DNA from: Sphaerodactylus townsendi
Taxonomy: Eukaryota
Assembly: GCF_021028975.2 (NCBI RefSeq)
Contig: NC_059427.1
Coordinates: 5,022,001 to 5,086,000, forward strand
DNA: 64,000 bases
Direction: 5' to 3'
Part shown: positions 52,443 through 64,000 of the stretch, piece by piece
Position numbering within the stretch: position 1 is the stretch's first letter
Layout: every line of letters begins with the position of its first letter
Position numbers and translations under genes: made by a program
The notes under the pieces: model-generated
The model's database searches: none
Told to the model about the DNA's origin: nothing
Seen by the model: the letters and a program-made list of their open reading frames with translations, nothing else

Positions 52443-55400
52443 GTGAGGTTTTTTTTCTAGATGGAAGGATGATATTAGAGTAGTAAAGAAGAAAAAAGAG
52501 GATGGGCAACACGCATTTTAATTATGAGGAAATTTATAAATACAGGATATACATGTTTCTAAGCAATGTTCTCAGAAGGGTGAAAGAGTTTAACTGTTTA
52601 CTAACAATAAAGCCCATTGTGTGAAAAAAATACAACACTAAAACATTTCAAACATTAAAAAGTGTTTAAAATATAAATGCATATTTTATATATTAAATAT
52701 TCGTAGCAAGTAAATAAAAAATAAACAGATAAGCATGGATCAATGCAGAAATATGGAGGAAGATTGATAACAGTGAGGAAACACCAAATTAAACAAAATA
52801 GCTTTCAATTGCTGGTTAAAGGCAATGAGCGTGCAAATGTCCAAAATGTCAGTACCATGATCAAGAAGGGGGAGGAAGGCCATGATCAAGATGGCAAACC
52901 TTTGTTGCCATCAACCACGTATTTCCTTTCTCCATAGTGGCAATCCAAAGCAACTTAGATTATTCTCTCCTCCATTTTATCATCACAACAACCCTGTGAG
53001 GTAGGTTAGGCTGAATGTGTGTGACAGGCTCAAACTCGCCCTGCAGGCTCCCACAGCAGAGTAGGGGTTCAAACCTGGGTTTCTCAGTTCCTAGTTCAAA
53101 ATTCTAACCACACTATACACACTGGCTTTTGTGGGGTGACTACTGTTGAACAGTAGCAAGCACCTGGGCCTGGGCAACTCATGAATGTTGGGTGGGGGGG
53201 GAGCACGTTGCCCCACGGTTGCTGCTGGGTCTGACCCCAATGAGTCTTCTTTTGAAAACCAAAACAGTCCCAGAAAGTGTCTTACCCCTCCCCAAGATTT
53301 TTCCTGACAGAAACCTGGAACACTGGCAAAACTATTGTGATTGCCCAGCAACAATCACTGAGGATATCTGTTCCTTAAAGCAGCAGGTGCTCCTTATAGT
53401 ATTTGTTTGTTTGTTTTCCATTTATATGCCTCCCTCCCTAAAAGGGCTCAGGGCAGCTTGCAATAATAAAATATCACATAGTAAAACTCAATTTAGTGAA
53501 CAATTAAAAATGCGGCTGATCATTAAAATCAAGTCCAAACTAATTAAAATACAGCTGAAATTAAAATCTACTTAAAACTTAAAGCTTAAAACCAGGATTA
53601 GGTCTGGCGGAACAACTCTGCCTTACAGACCCTGCGGAATTGTATCAAATCCTATAGGTTCCTGATGTTAGGTGGCAGAGCATTCTACCAGGTAGGGGCC
53701 AGGGCCGAAAAACAGTAGAAGGGCCAGGGACCATCAGGGGGTTTGCATCTGCTGTCCTCAAATTTCTCACGGGAAATATGGGGTAATGTGGTTTCAGAGG
53801 CATGCATGTCACCTGCTGCTCACGGCCTTAAAGGTCAAAACCAAAACCTTGAACCTGATCCGGAATTTCACCAGTAGACAGTGCAGTTCGCGGACGATGT
53901 GGGTGATGTGCTCCCTCACTGATGCCCCAATAAGGAGCCTCATGGCCACATTTTGTACCACCTTCAGTTTCCAGATCAGAGCTAGGGGCAGGCCAGTGTA
54001 GAGCGAATTACAGTAATTAGCCTGGAGGTGACTGTTGCATGGATCACAATGGCTAGATCAGATTGGGAGAGGTATGGAGCCAGCTGCCGCACTTGGTGAA
54101 GATGTAAAAGATTTTTATGCAAAAGATTTCAGATTTTTATGCAAACTTGAAGCTTTTCTTAACATTTGTCAAAACACCCATCTTGTCCATTCCTGCTTAT
54201 AGACTCTAAATTCAAATATCTTCAGACTTGAATATATGAGGTTCAATATACAAGTGGGGACCCGCAATACTCAGGGTGGGATCCCTCTCCTCCTCCTGAA
54301 ATGAAGACATGGGGAGTCAACTGTTCCTGGGTGCCCCCTTGTGGGGGGTGTGCAAGAAATGCAGGTCCGTTTGTGGGTTTTTTTGTATTTTAGTGTTTTT
54401 TCGTTTTTGGCCTGCAGGGGGCGCAGTTTTTAGGCTAGCAGCGCCAAAATTTCAGGGAGTTTTCGGGAGACTCTCGTGATGATATCACCCAGGTTTGGTG
54501 AGGTTTGGTTCAGGAGGTCCAAAGTTATGGACTCCCAAAGTGGGTGCCCCATCCCGCATTGTTTTCAATGGGAGCTAATAGGAGATGGGGGCTATGCATA
54601 TTCTGCCTAGTTTCAGATAGGAAATTATTGCACCCCGACATCTTCAAGATGAACATGGCGCTGAACTGAAACCTAAACAGAAAACATTTTGAGGCAGCAC
54701 AAAGATAGCCAGAGTGGTGTAGTAGTTAAGAGCAGCAGATTCTAATCGGGATAATCAGGTTCAATTCCCCACTCCTCCAGTGAAGCCTTCTGGATGACTT
54801 TCGACCAGTCACAGTTCTCTCAGAACTCTCTCAGCCCATGCAGAGGCAGGCAATGACAAATCACCTCAAAACATGTCTTGCCTTAAATACCCTAGGAGGT
54901 CAACATTTCAGCCGTGACTTGACAACACTTGACACATATACACACACAAAGTTCCCCAAAGGCTATTTGCCCCCATTTTCCTTGGCACTAAGCAGCATTC
55001 TGAAATAAGCCCAGTTCAATGTACTAACATAAGATTTGCCAGTAGTTTAGCAGCATAATACACAGGAAAAACTCATCTTCATATTCTAGCAAGAATTTGA
55101 CTTCTCTCTTTATTATCCAACCTTTGCTTCATTATTGATTCTCTGAGGCAGATAGTCACATCTCAGGTAATGGGGGGTAGGACTTCATAAGTCAAGAGCA
55201 TAAAACCTTAGCTATAGCACCAATAAGCTGAGGGCAGAATATAACTCCTGACAAAATGAGAAAATACAAGTGGTCAGATTAGGAAGGTTGGCAGAACTGA
55301 TGAAGAACTTGATTACGATAGAATACAGTCTCTGGGATATTTAGCTCCTGAAGAAGGCACAAAAATGGCTAGTTTTCAGTTACAGATTGCAATAACTCTG

Positions 55401-55656
55401 ATTGCTTTCCTCTTGTCAACAGAGAAATAATTTCTAAATGGTAAATTATCTCAGGTAATTGATTTATAGATGACATTTATTTATTTATTTATTTATTTAT
55501 TTATTTGTTTGTTTGTTTGTTTCCTTTAAGGCAGGAACATTGCCCTGCCAAATTTTAGAAGGGATATTTCTCCCAAATAGATTCATTTTTTCATTTCATG
55601 ATCTGATGTTCTTTTTCCTCTTTGCACTGATGTTAAGATTTTCTTTATTTCAACAG

Positions 55657-57410
55657 GAGATATGTGGGACATAGCAGAAGAAAATGTAGCACATCAGTTA
55701 ATGGAGGAAAGTGATAAGAAACTGGACATGAAACAAAATATTCGAAATCAGAAAAAAAACATTACGGATAAAAGAAGCAATAAACCCATTGCTTATCAGA
55801 ACAGTGATTACCAAACAACAATATGCAAAGGGAAGGGAAGGATTCAATGCTCTTTCTGTGAGAAAAACTTTGCTAGTATATCAACCCTTAAAGTACATTG
55901 GAAAACACATACAGGGGAGAAACCATATGACTGCCTGCAGTGTGGAAAGAGATTTAGTCATCCTTCAACTCTTACTGTACATGAAAGAACTCACACAGGA
56001 GAGAAACGATATAAATGTTTGGATTGTGGAAAGAACTTTATGCTGAGTACCAACCTCATTTTGCATCAAAGAATCCACACAGGAGAAAAACCATATCAGT
56101 GCATGGAATGTGGAAAGAGCTTTAGCCTGAAGAAAAGCCTTACTCTTCATCAAAGAATCCACACAGGAGAAAAACCATATAAATGTTTGGAATGCGGAAA
56201 GAGTTTTAGTCAGAAGTCAAGTCTTAACATCCATCATGGAACACATACAGGAGAGAAAAGGTATAAATGCTTTGAATGTGGAAAAAAGTTCATACAGAGC
56301 ACAACCCTCATTTTGCATCAAAGAATTCATACAGGAGAAAGACCTTATAAATGTTTGGAATGTGGAAAAAGCTTTATTGTGAAGTCAAGCCTGACTCTTC
56401 ATCAAAGAATTCACACAGGAATAAAACCATTTAAATGTCTGGAGTGTGGAAAGACCTTTAATGAAAGTACACGTCTTCTTAGACATCAAAGAATTCATAT
56501 GAGGGAGCAATCGTTTCAATTTCTTGAGTCTGGAAAAGGCTTTAGGCGGAGTACAACTCTCACTGGTCATCAAAGAACCCATACAGGTGAAAAACGGTAC
56601 AAATGTTTGGAATGTGGGAAAAGCTTTAGGCTGAGTACAACACTCATTATTCATCAAAGAATTCACACAGGCGAAAAGCCATATAGGTGTTTGGAGTGTG
56701 GAAAAAGCTTCATGCGAAGTACAACCCTCATTGTACATAAAAGAACTCACTCAGGAGAAAAACCATATATTTGTTCAGAATGTGGAAAAAGTTTCATGCA
56801 GAGTGCAAACCTCATAATACATCAAAGAACACACACAGGTGAGAAACCATATAAATGCTTGGAGTGTGGAAGGAGTTTTATTCAGAATTCAAGCCTTACT
56901 GCCCATCAAAGAAGCCACACTGGGGAAAAACTATATGACTGTTCAGAATGTGGAAAGAAGTTCACACGGAATGCAAACCTTATAATACATCAAATACTGC
57001 ACACAGGGGAGAAACCATACAAATGCTTGGAATGTGGAAGGAGCTTTACTTTGAGCAAAAGACTTATTAACCATCAAAGAATCCATACAGATGTGAAACC
57101 ATTTAAATGCCTGGATTGTGGGAAAAGCTTCAGTCATAGCATAACTCTTAAGAGACACAAAAATATGCAGGCAGGGGAATGTAAAAAAGGTTTCAGTCAG
57201 ACACAAAGCAATCCAAAAACTCAAACCAAAAAGAAACCATATCAGTGCTTGGAGTGCCGAAGTTGCTTCAGTCACAACTCAAACCTTCTTAGACATCAAC
57301 TAATCCACACAGGGGAGAAACCATTTAAATGCCAGGAATGTGGATATGGCTTTAGCCAGCACTCAAACCTTATGAGACATACACTTATTCACACCAGGCA
57401 AAAACAATAG
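55657..57410 (+). CDS. Gene F exon 3: C2H2 zinc-finger array, closest paralog of B
   Basis: 582-aa ORF. Acceptor TTTCAACAG|GA GAT ATG TGG. Ends RQKQ*. Confidence 0.93.
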
Positions 57411-60400
57411 AAATGCTCAGAGTAAGGGGAAATCTCTTTTCCATGAATAATGCACAAATAGAGCATTCACTCGGACAGATCATCTAAAGGAACGTACTAA
57501 TAAAAGGAAACATTTCTTCACACAATGCATGATTGGTGTTTGGAATATGCTGCCACAGGAGGTGGTGATGGCCACTAAGCTGGATAGCTTTAAAAGGGGC
57601 TTGGACAGATTTATGGAGGAGAACTCGATCTATGGCTACCAATCTTGATCCTCCTTTGTCAGAGATTTCAAATGCCTTAGCAGACCAGGTGCTTGGGAGC
57701 AGCAGCAGCAGAAGGCCATTGCTTTCACATCCTGCATGTGAGCTTCCAAAGGCATCTGGTGGGCCACTGAAATAGAGTGCTGGACTAGATGGACTCTGGT
57801 CTGATCCAGCAGGCTCTTTCTTATGTTCTTATGCATGATAAATCCATTCTAAAATGCAAGAATGTCAGAGACAATACCTAGAAATGCTTGAGTATGGAAA
57901 GAACACTGATATGGATAGGATCCTAGCTTTGTATCATAGAGTCCAAACCTGTAAGAATATCATCAAGCAGAGAGGTTTGCTCACTCAGAATATTTTCCGC
58001 TTTTCTGCATTTCACTTGTTCCTTTTAGATATATTCAGTATTTGAACAATTAAGAAATCTGGATCTCCAGACAATACTTTCATTTCCTTACCAGCTGAAC
58101 ACAATTTAGCCACTTTTGGTGATATGTTCAATAATGTAGTTAAAAGATCAAGAATTCAAGTTGGACACTTGGCTGAACACTATTAGACTCAACCAACTTG
58201 TTCTTTGAGTTCATAGCAATTAAATTCATTCCTTCTTTCTCCTTCTAAGACCTTATATTTCTTTTGCCTCCTGACACTCATAGAGATTGCAAGGGAAAGA
58301 GTGGAAGGAAAGTATTCATTTTCTTTTGCACCATGTCTGATGGGTTGTGTGGTTAGTTGAATATTGAAATTTAAGCTACAGTGATTGCTGGAGACAAAGT
58401 TATATTTTAGAAGAGCTGAAAGCAGTTGTGCAAAGTTAAAACATACCAACATTAATATGCCTGTTTCTTCTATGTATTGTCAGCTCTCATGAAGCAAATA
58501 TAATATTTTCAGTTTCTGGAGCTCATCGTTATGATTGGCAGTCTGTGTAGGCATAGGAAAGACCTGAACAGGTTCATCTGCTGGATGCTGTTATGGTGGA
58601 AAGCAGCAGGGTATAGCCCAATCATGTCAAAGCTAAACTAACAAGTCTCTGCCAAAGAAGGCGATAGCAAACCAACTCTAAGGCCCTTTCTGCAGGGCCA
58701 ATTAACCTAGGATAATACCGGTAAAAAAACCAGTTCCAAGGGGCAACTTTGCATGGCTCCCACCCCTAAAACGAGGCTGCCCTTCATTCCCCCCCCTCCC
58801 CAAAGCGGGTTATTTGAGAACTGCGCTATTCACTATTTCATTTTAATGTGTTTGGCAGCCACTCGCAAGTAAACATCTGTCCTGGAAAGAGCTTTTCTCA
58901 GCTGTGCTTTCTAGTTTTTAATGTCCCCACCTGCGTAGCCATGTGGGGTTGCAGGGACGTTTGGTGGCAGCGCGAGACATCAGCATGGCTGTGGAGGCCA
59001 TGTCTGTCCTCCCTTGTGACTATGCAGCATGGGATTCTGTATTCAGTATTCTGAACAAAGCCACGCCTCCGTGCGAGGGTGTGACAGCAGCCCGCATTGC
59101 CTCCATGGGCTCCAGTCGCTGCCTGCACGGAGGTGTGCAAATTGGGCAGGAGAGAGATCGAATTCCTGTATCCCTCCTGCAACCCGCTCTCCCTGTGCCC
59201 AAGTCTTACTTGCTTTGAAATCCCCTTGCCATAAGTCACTTGCAACTTGATGCCACTTACATAAATAATTTTGCTCCGTGTCCTTTACCACTGAGGGTGA
59301 TCCCAAACTTTGAGGGAATTCACATGTTAGGAACTCCGCATGGACTTTGTATCAGGCATTCCGTGGGAGTTCCATGCTTCGCAGTTTCATGTGGGTCTGA
59401 TTCAGTTCAGGACTCTTCCCACGGCACCATTTTCCTAAAAGAAAATGGCTGCAGAGAGGTACAATTTGCCCCATTGGATAATCTCGTGTGTACTGATGGC
59501 CTGTCATCAATATTGATAAGATTGTTAGGGTATAATAGGAGATTCATATGATATATAGCAATGTATATCATTAAAGATGTGGGCAGGGAGGCTGGGGTTA
59601 CTATTTACCCTAATAGAAAACATACCCAGGAAAATGGAGTATAGTGTACAATGGAGAAACCAATACAAGCAAAAGCAAGTTATACCCGAGCTACAAAACA
59701 ATGATTACAAATGTGACAAGTACAAAAAGTGCTAAACATATTTTAATATAAACATGCACATGTGACTGCAGATTGTGTCCAGATTGGCACAAAATATTTG
59801 TATGGCTATGGTGAATTGTGGAGATTCTTGAGTCTGATGTTACTCTGCAGCAGTGGCGTAGTGGCTAAGAGCAGGTGCACTCTTATCTGGAGGAACTGGG
59901 TTTGATTCCCAGCTCTGCCGCTTGAGTTGTGGAGGCTTATCTGGGGAATTCAGATTAGCCTGTGCACTCCCCCACACACCAGCTGGGTGACCTTGGGCTA
60001 GTCACAGCTTTTTGGAGCTCTCTCAGCCCCACCCACCTCACAGGGTGTTTGTTGTGAGGGGGGAAGGTCAAGGAGATTGTAAGCCCCTTTGAGTCTCCTA
60101 TAGGAGAGAAAGGGAGGATATAAATCCAAACTAATACTACTACTCCTACTACTCCTCCTACTCCTTTAGTTTCTGGGTTTGTGCAGACACATGTGCACAT
60201 TTATATTCAATATGTTTAGCACTTTTTACACATATCACATTTGAATCATTGTTTTGTTGCCTTATTTATACAGTATAGCTTATTTTTGCTTAGCTGTCAA
60301 GTATCTGTCCAAACTCCATCCTTTCTTATGTTGCTATGTGGGACTGCACCCATCGTTGTAGAGGGGTGCTACAGGCCTTATAACTGCCCATAAGAGTTAT

Positions 60401-62685
60401 GGGAGTAGCCTGACTCATTAACAATACCACAACCTCACTGAAGCTCAGCAGTACAGGTCTCCTCAGTGCCCGAATGGGAGAACTGCACTGTGTAGAAAAT
60501 TATCTCCAGCATCCCTTCCAATCTTAACAATAATTTACTGCAGCGGGAATGAGCCGCAGAGTTCTGCTGCTTTGTGTGCTAATGAATTTCTTCTACTCTA
60601 TGTCTGACAAGCATACGATAGATTTTGCTTTCCCTGTCAGCCAGGATTCCAATTCAGGAATCAACCACTCTTGAGACGGAAGGGCAAATTACAGATCTGT
60701 GGGGGGAAACAGAAATCTGCTGCCTAAGGGTAGGAGGGAGTATGTGAGCCCCTCTGAATTGAGCCTATTTTGGCTAGTCAGAGACACTGGGTATGTTTCT
60801 TGGGCCTTAGAAGATGACTGAACATTGGGGTTTTTTCTTGTGTATTGCATTTTAGGACAACAGCAGTATTTTTTGCCAGATTTGACTGTTGGCAGGTGCT
60901 ATAGACTGCCTCATTACAGATCAGTTTGCAGATAAATAGGTCTTAGGACTGTATTCCAAGTCTTTAGAATCTTAAAATAGGTTAAAATGGATTAACTGAG
61001 CTTTATTGACATTACAAGCATGGATACATATGGATATGCATATAGATATAGATATATATCCACCAGTAGACAGCTGCCCATACTATCTTAATGAGAGATA
61101 TACTATTGTAGGTTACTATGTATGGACCTTGTCTGAGGCCTTGGGCTAGCTTACACAGAAGTATTGTCAAAGGCTTTCATGGCCAGAATCGGTTGGCTGT
61201 TTTGGGGTTTTCTGGGATACCGTGACATGCCTCTGAAGATGCCAGCAAAATGTTAGGAGCAAAAACTACCAGATTGTGCCCTCACAGCCTGGAAAACCTA
61301 CAACAGCCAGTTACACATAAGTCTTTTTATAACAACGGTAACCAACCTGTCACACAAAAAATTAGAAATGCAGAATCATGTTCCACTTAACCTGCGTATC
61401 CCTTCTGGTTCTGACATTTTGTTTTGTACTTTTTCCTATCCCCTTCCTTTGTCTCTAAATTTGCTAGTTTCAATATAGTACTTTAATTGAGAATTCAAAA
61501 TAATCTCAGCCTTAAGGTAAAATTTATTTTCAACCTGTTAGATGTATCCAAATGTGAAATAAAAGACATTACTTAAAATAAAGAAGGGCTTCTGGAACTC
61601 TGAAAGAAAGCTGTGGCCAAACCACAAACTGGGTGCCATGATGGGAAAGACTTGGCTAGTGTCAAAATGTAGAAGGTCCCTAGCCAAGTAATTTCCTGCA
61701 GCAGACAGAGCTAAAGTGCCTTGAACTCCAAGGAGACAGAGGAAAGCTAGGACTGGCTCTTCATAAGATGCTGTTTGGTGGTAATCAAGAGGGAGGTGCT
61801 ACAGGGAGAAGATCTATGTGTTTTTGCATTTTAGAGGGTTGAACTTGATGGCCTTTGGGGTCTCTTCCAACTCTATGATTCTGGGATTCTAAGCTGAGGA
61901 CATGCAGATGGGATGCTGCCAGTAGTGGGATTCAAATAATTTAACAACCGTTTCTGGTGGTGGGATTCAAATACTTTAACAACTGGTTGTTTACAAGCAC
62001 CATTTTCCCTGCTCCATTAGAGGCTCTTTTCAACAAGTAAGTGCCAAGAAACACATGGTTGGGTGCTGCTGTAGACACTCCAAGACCAGTCAATTATTTT
62101 ATTTACTTTTCAGAATTACTTCAGAGCCAGCGTGGTGTAGTGATTAAGAGCAGGTGGATTCTAATCTGGAGAACCGGGTTTGATTCCCCACTCCTCCACC
62201 TGGATGGCAGGGGCTTATCTGTTGAACCAGATGCATTTCTACATTCCTGCTGGGTGACCTTGGGCTAGTCACAGTTCTCTCAGGACTCTCTCAGCCCCAC
62301 CTACCTCACAAGGTGTCTGTTGTGGAGAGAGGAAGGGAAAGGAGCTTGTAAGCCACCTTGAGTCTCCTTACAGGAGAGAAAGGTGGGATATAAAGCCAAA
62401 CTACTCCTCCTCTCCTCCTCCTCCTCCTCCACCACCACCACCTCCTGGCCTTGACCTGAATTGTCCAAGATACCCTGATCTCAACTCAGATGCTGAGCAG
62501 GGTACAGGGCTAACTTTGATCAAGGTTGATAAACACTACCTTCATATATAAAAATAAATTCCAAATATCTTTGGAGGTTTTTAAAGAGAGGCTGGATGAA
62601 TATATGTCAGGAGTGTTTTGATTGTGTAGTTCCTGCACAGCAGGGTGTTGGACTTGATGGCCCTTGTGGTCTCTTTCAACTCTAT

Positions 62686-63300
62686 GGCCGTTTCCGCACG
62701 GCCAAAAGCAGCGACGCGATGACGTCGCAAATTGCGACGCATCCCAAAAAAAGCGTTCACACAGACAGGCGGAGCTGCGGGCGTCCGCAGCCCCGCAGAA
62801 ATGTGACGGTTCGCACTGAAGCGCTGCGGAAGCGGCGTCTCGCGACGTTGCGCCCTCTGGCGGCCGCAGGCCTGACGTCATGCCCACGCAGCAGTGCGAT
62901 GGACAACGTGACTGCCCTGATGTCCTGCCCGTCCCCCATCTGTCAGTGCCTCCCCTCCCAGCTACTGTCAGTCCCAGTGCATGGGTCTGGGAAAGGTGCT
63001 TGGCCATGCAGGGAAAGCACCAGGGACAAACGTGTGTGTGTGTGGGGGGAAAAGGTGACCCAGCTTGGCCGTCTGGCAGTCGCCATTTTGAAGACGGCTC
63101 CCTTGCGGCTGTTCGCACGAGTGCGGCGTCGATGCGTCACAGGGGGAAAAAGAGTGGTTTAAAGCGTTTTCTGATCTGGCGTCTTGGCGGTTTAAATTTC
63201 GCGGCGAATGCGCTGCCCTTCGCAGCGTCGCGAAGCAGCTCGCTATAGCGAGTTCTTTTACCGCTTCCAGCGTCATAATTGCGCCGATAAAGGCTTGGCC
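62686..63300. mobile_element. CpG-rich Harbinger-like MITE inserted in a CR1 3' tail
   Basis: Left TIR GGCCGTTTCCGCACG, right end GGCC, flanks TAT/TAC, host CAACTC-TAT|...|TAC-GATTTTATGA. Confidence 0.7.
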
Positions 63301-64000
63301 TACGATTTTATGAAATGCATGACTCAATATTTCCCATTCTTTAAAAAAAAAGAAAAGGAAAATTCATCCCTGCATGCAGAGCCAAACTGCACAAGATGCT
63401 GTCCCCAGGTTTGCCCTGAGGACACACCTCCATTTTATAGAGTCACAGAGAGCACCTTTTAAAAGCACAGTGGGGAAGGTCTCTAACCTCTCATCTGCAG
63501 TTTTTCTCTGACTCAATGGCCCTGGAGGAGACAAGTTAGCACAGAATGCCCTCCAGTACCATTTGTGTTCAGAAAAAAAGTGCAAGGGAAAGGCAGGAAT
63601 CTTGCCTCCTGCTGTGCTGTGATGATCCTAACCAAAATTGGGCTGCCTATAGCACTCTTAAAATCCCTGACTACAAAATGGAGGTGTATCCTGAGGCTGC
63701 CCTTCCCATCAGGTAATGTCACATTAAAACATTTTTCTAGACAGACTATGTTTGTGGGGGTTTTATGCCTTCTCCAGTCATCTATACTTTATCCCCACAA
63801 GCTGGGTACTCATTTTACTGACCTCAGGAAGATGGAAGGCTGAGTCAGCCTTGTGCCAGATACCTGAAACAGACTTCTGTCAGGCTCGAACTCAGGTTGT
63901 GAGCAGAGCTTGGACTCCAATACTGCAGCTTACCACTCTATGCTACTGGCCTCCACTGAGAGGGTGTTAACCTTCATTAATGGGGACTTGCTTTCTGAGG

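Noticed and set aside
59847-59915. tRNA gene
   Set aside because: The A/B boxes belong to a SINE head continuing into a CORE-like body and tail.

Overview
Vertebrate genomic DNA, almost certainly a squamate reptile and probably a gecko. The basis is the repeat content: Sauria-like SINEs, tRNA/CORE SINEs, 5S-derived SINEs, CR1 (TTCTTATG)n and (GATTCTAT)n tails, L2, and Penelope-like elements. The window is a tandem C2H2 zinc-finger cluster. It holds the last exon of one + strand gene (A) and five paralogs of a second family: B, C, D and E on the - strand and F on the + strand, with E and F head-to-head. Each paralog has the same three exons: a conserved non-coding exon 1, a 112-118 nt coding exon 2 (MTxxKExNF...DE) and a single finger exon. 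I found no KRAB or SCAN exon by eye. D is frameshifted, which could be a pseudogene or an assembly error. The intergenic and intronic DNA is dense with transposons. Notable cases are Penelope-derived fold-back elements carrying minimal hammerhead ribozymes on both strands, two different CpG-rich Harbinger-like MITEs inserted at the identical base of CR1 3' tails, solo LTRs with clean TSDs, and a palindromic hAT MITE placing ZNF143/THAP11-type motifs in the E/F divergent promoter region. There is an assembly gap at 34320-34480. All calls are from manual reading; no database searches were run.
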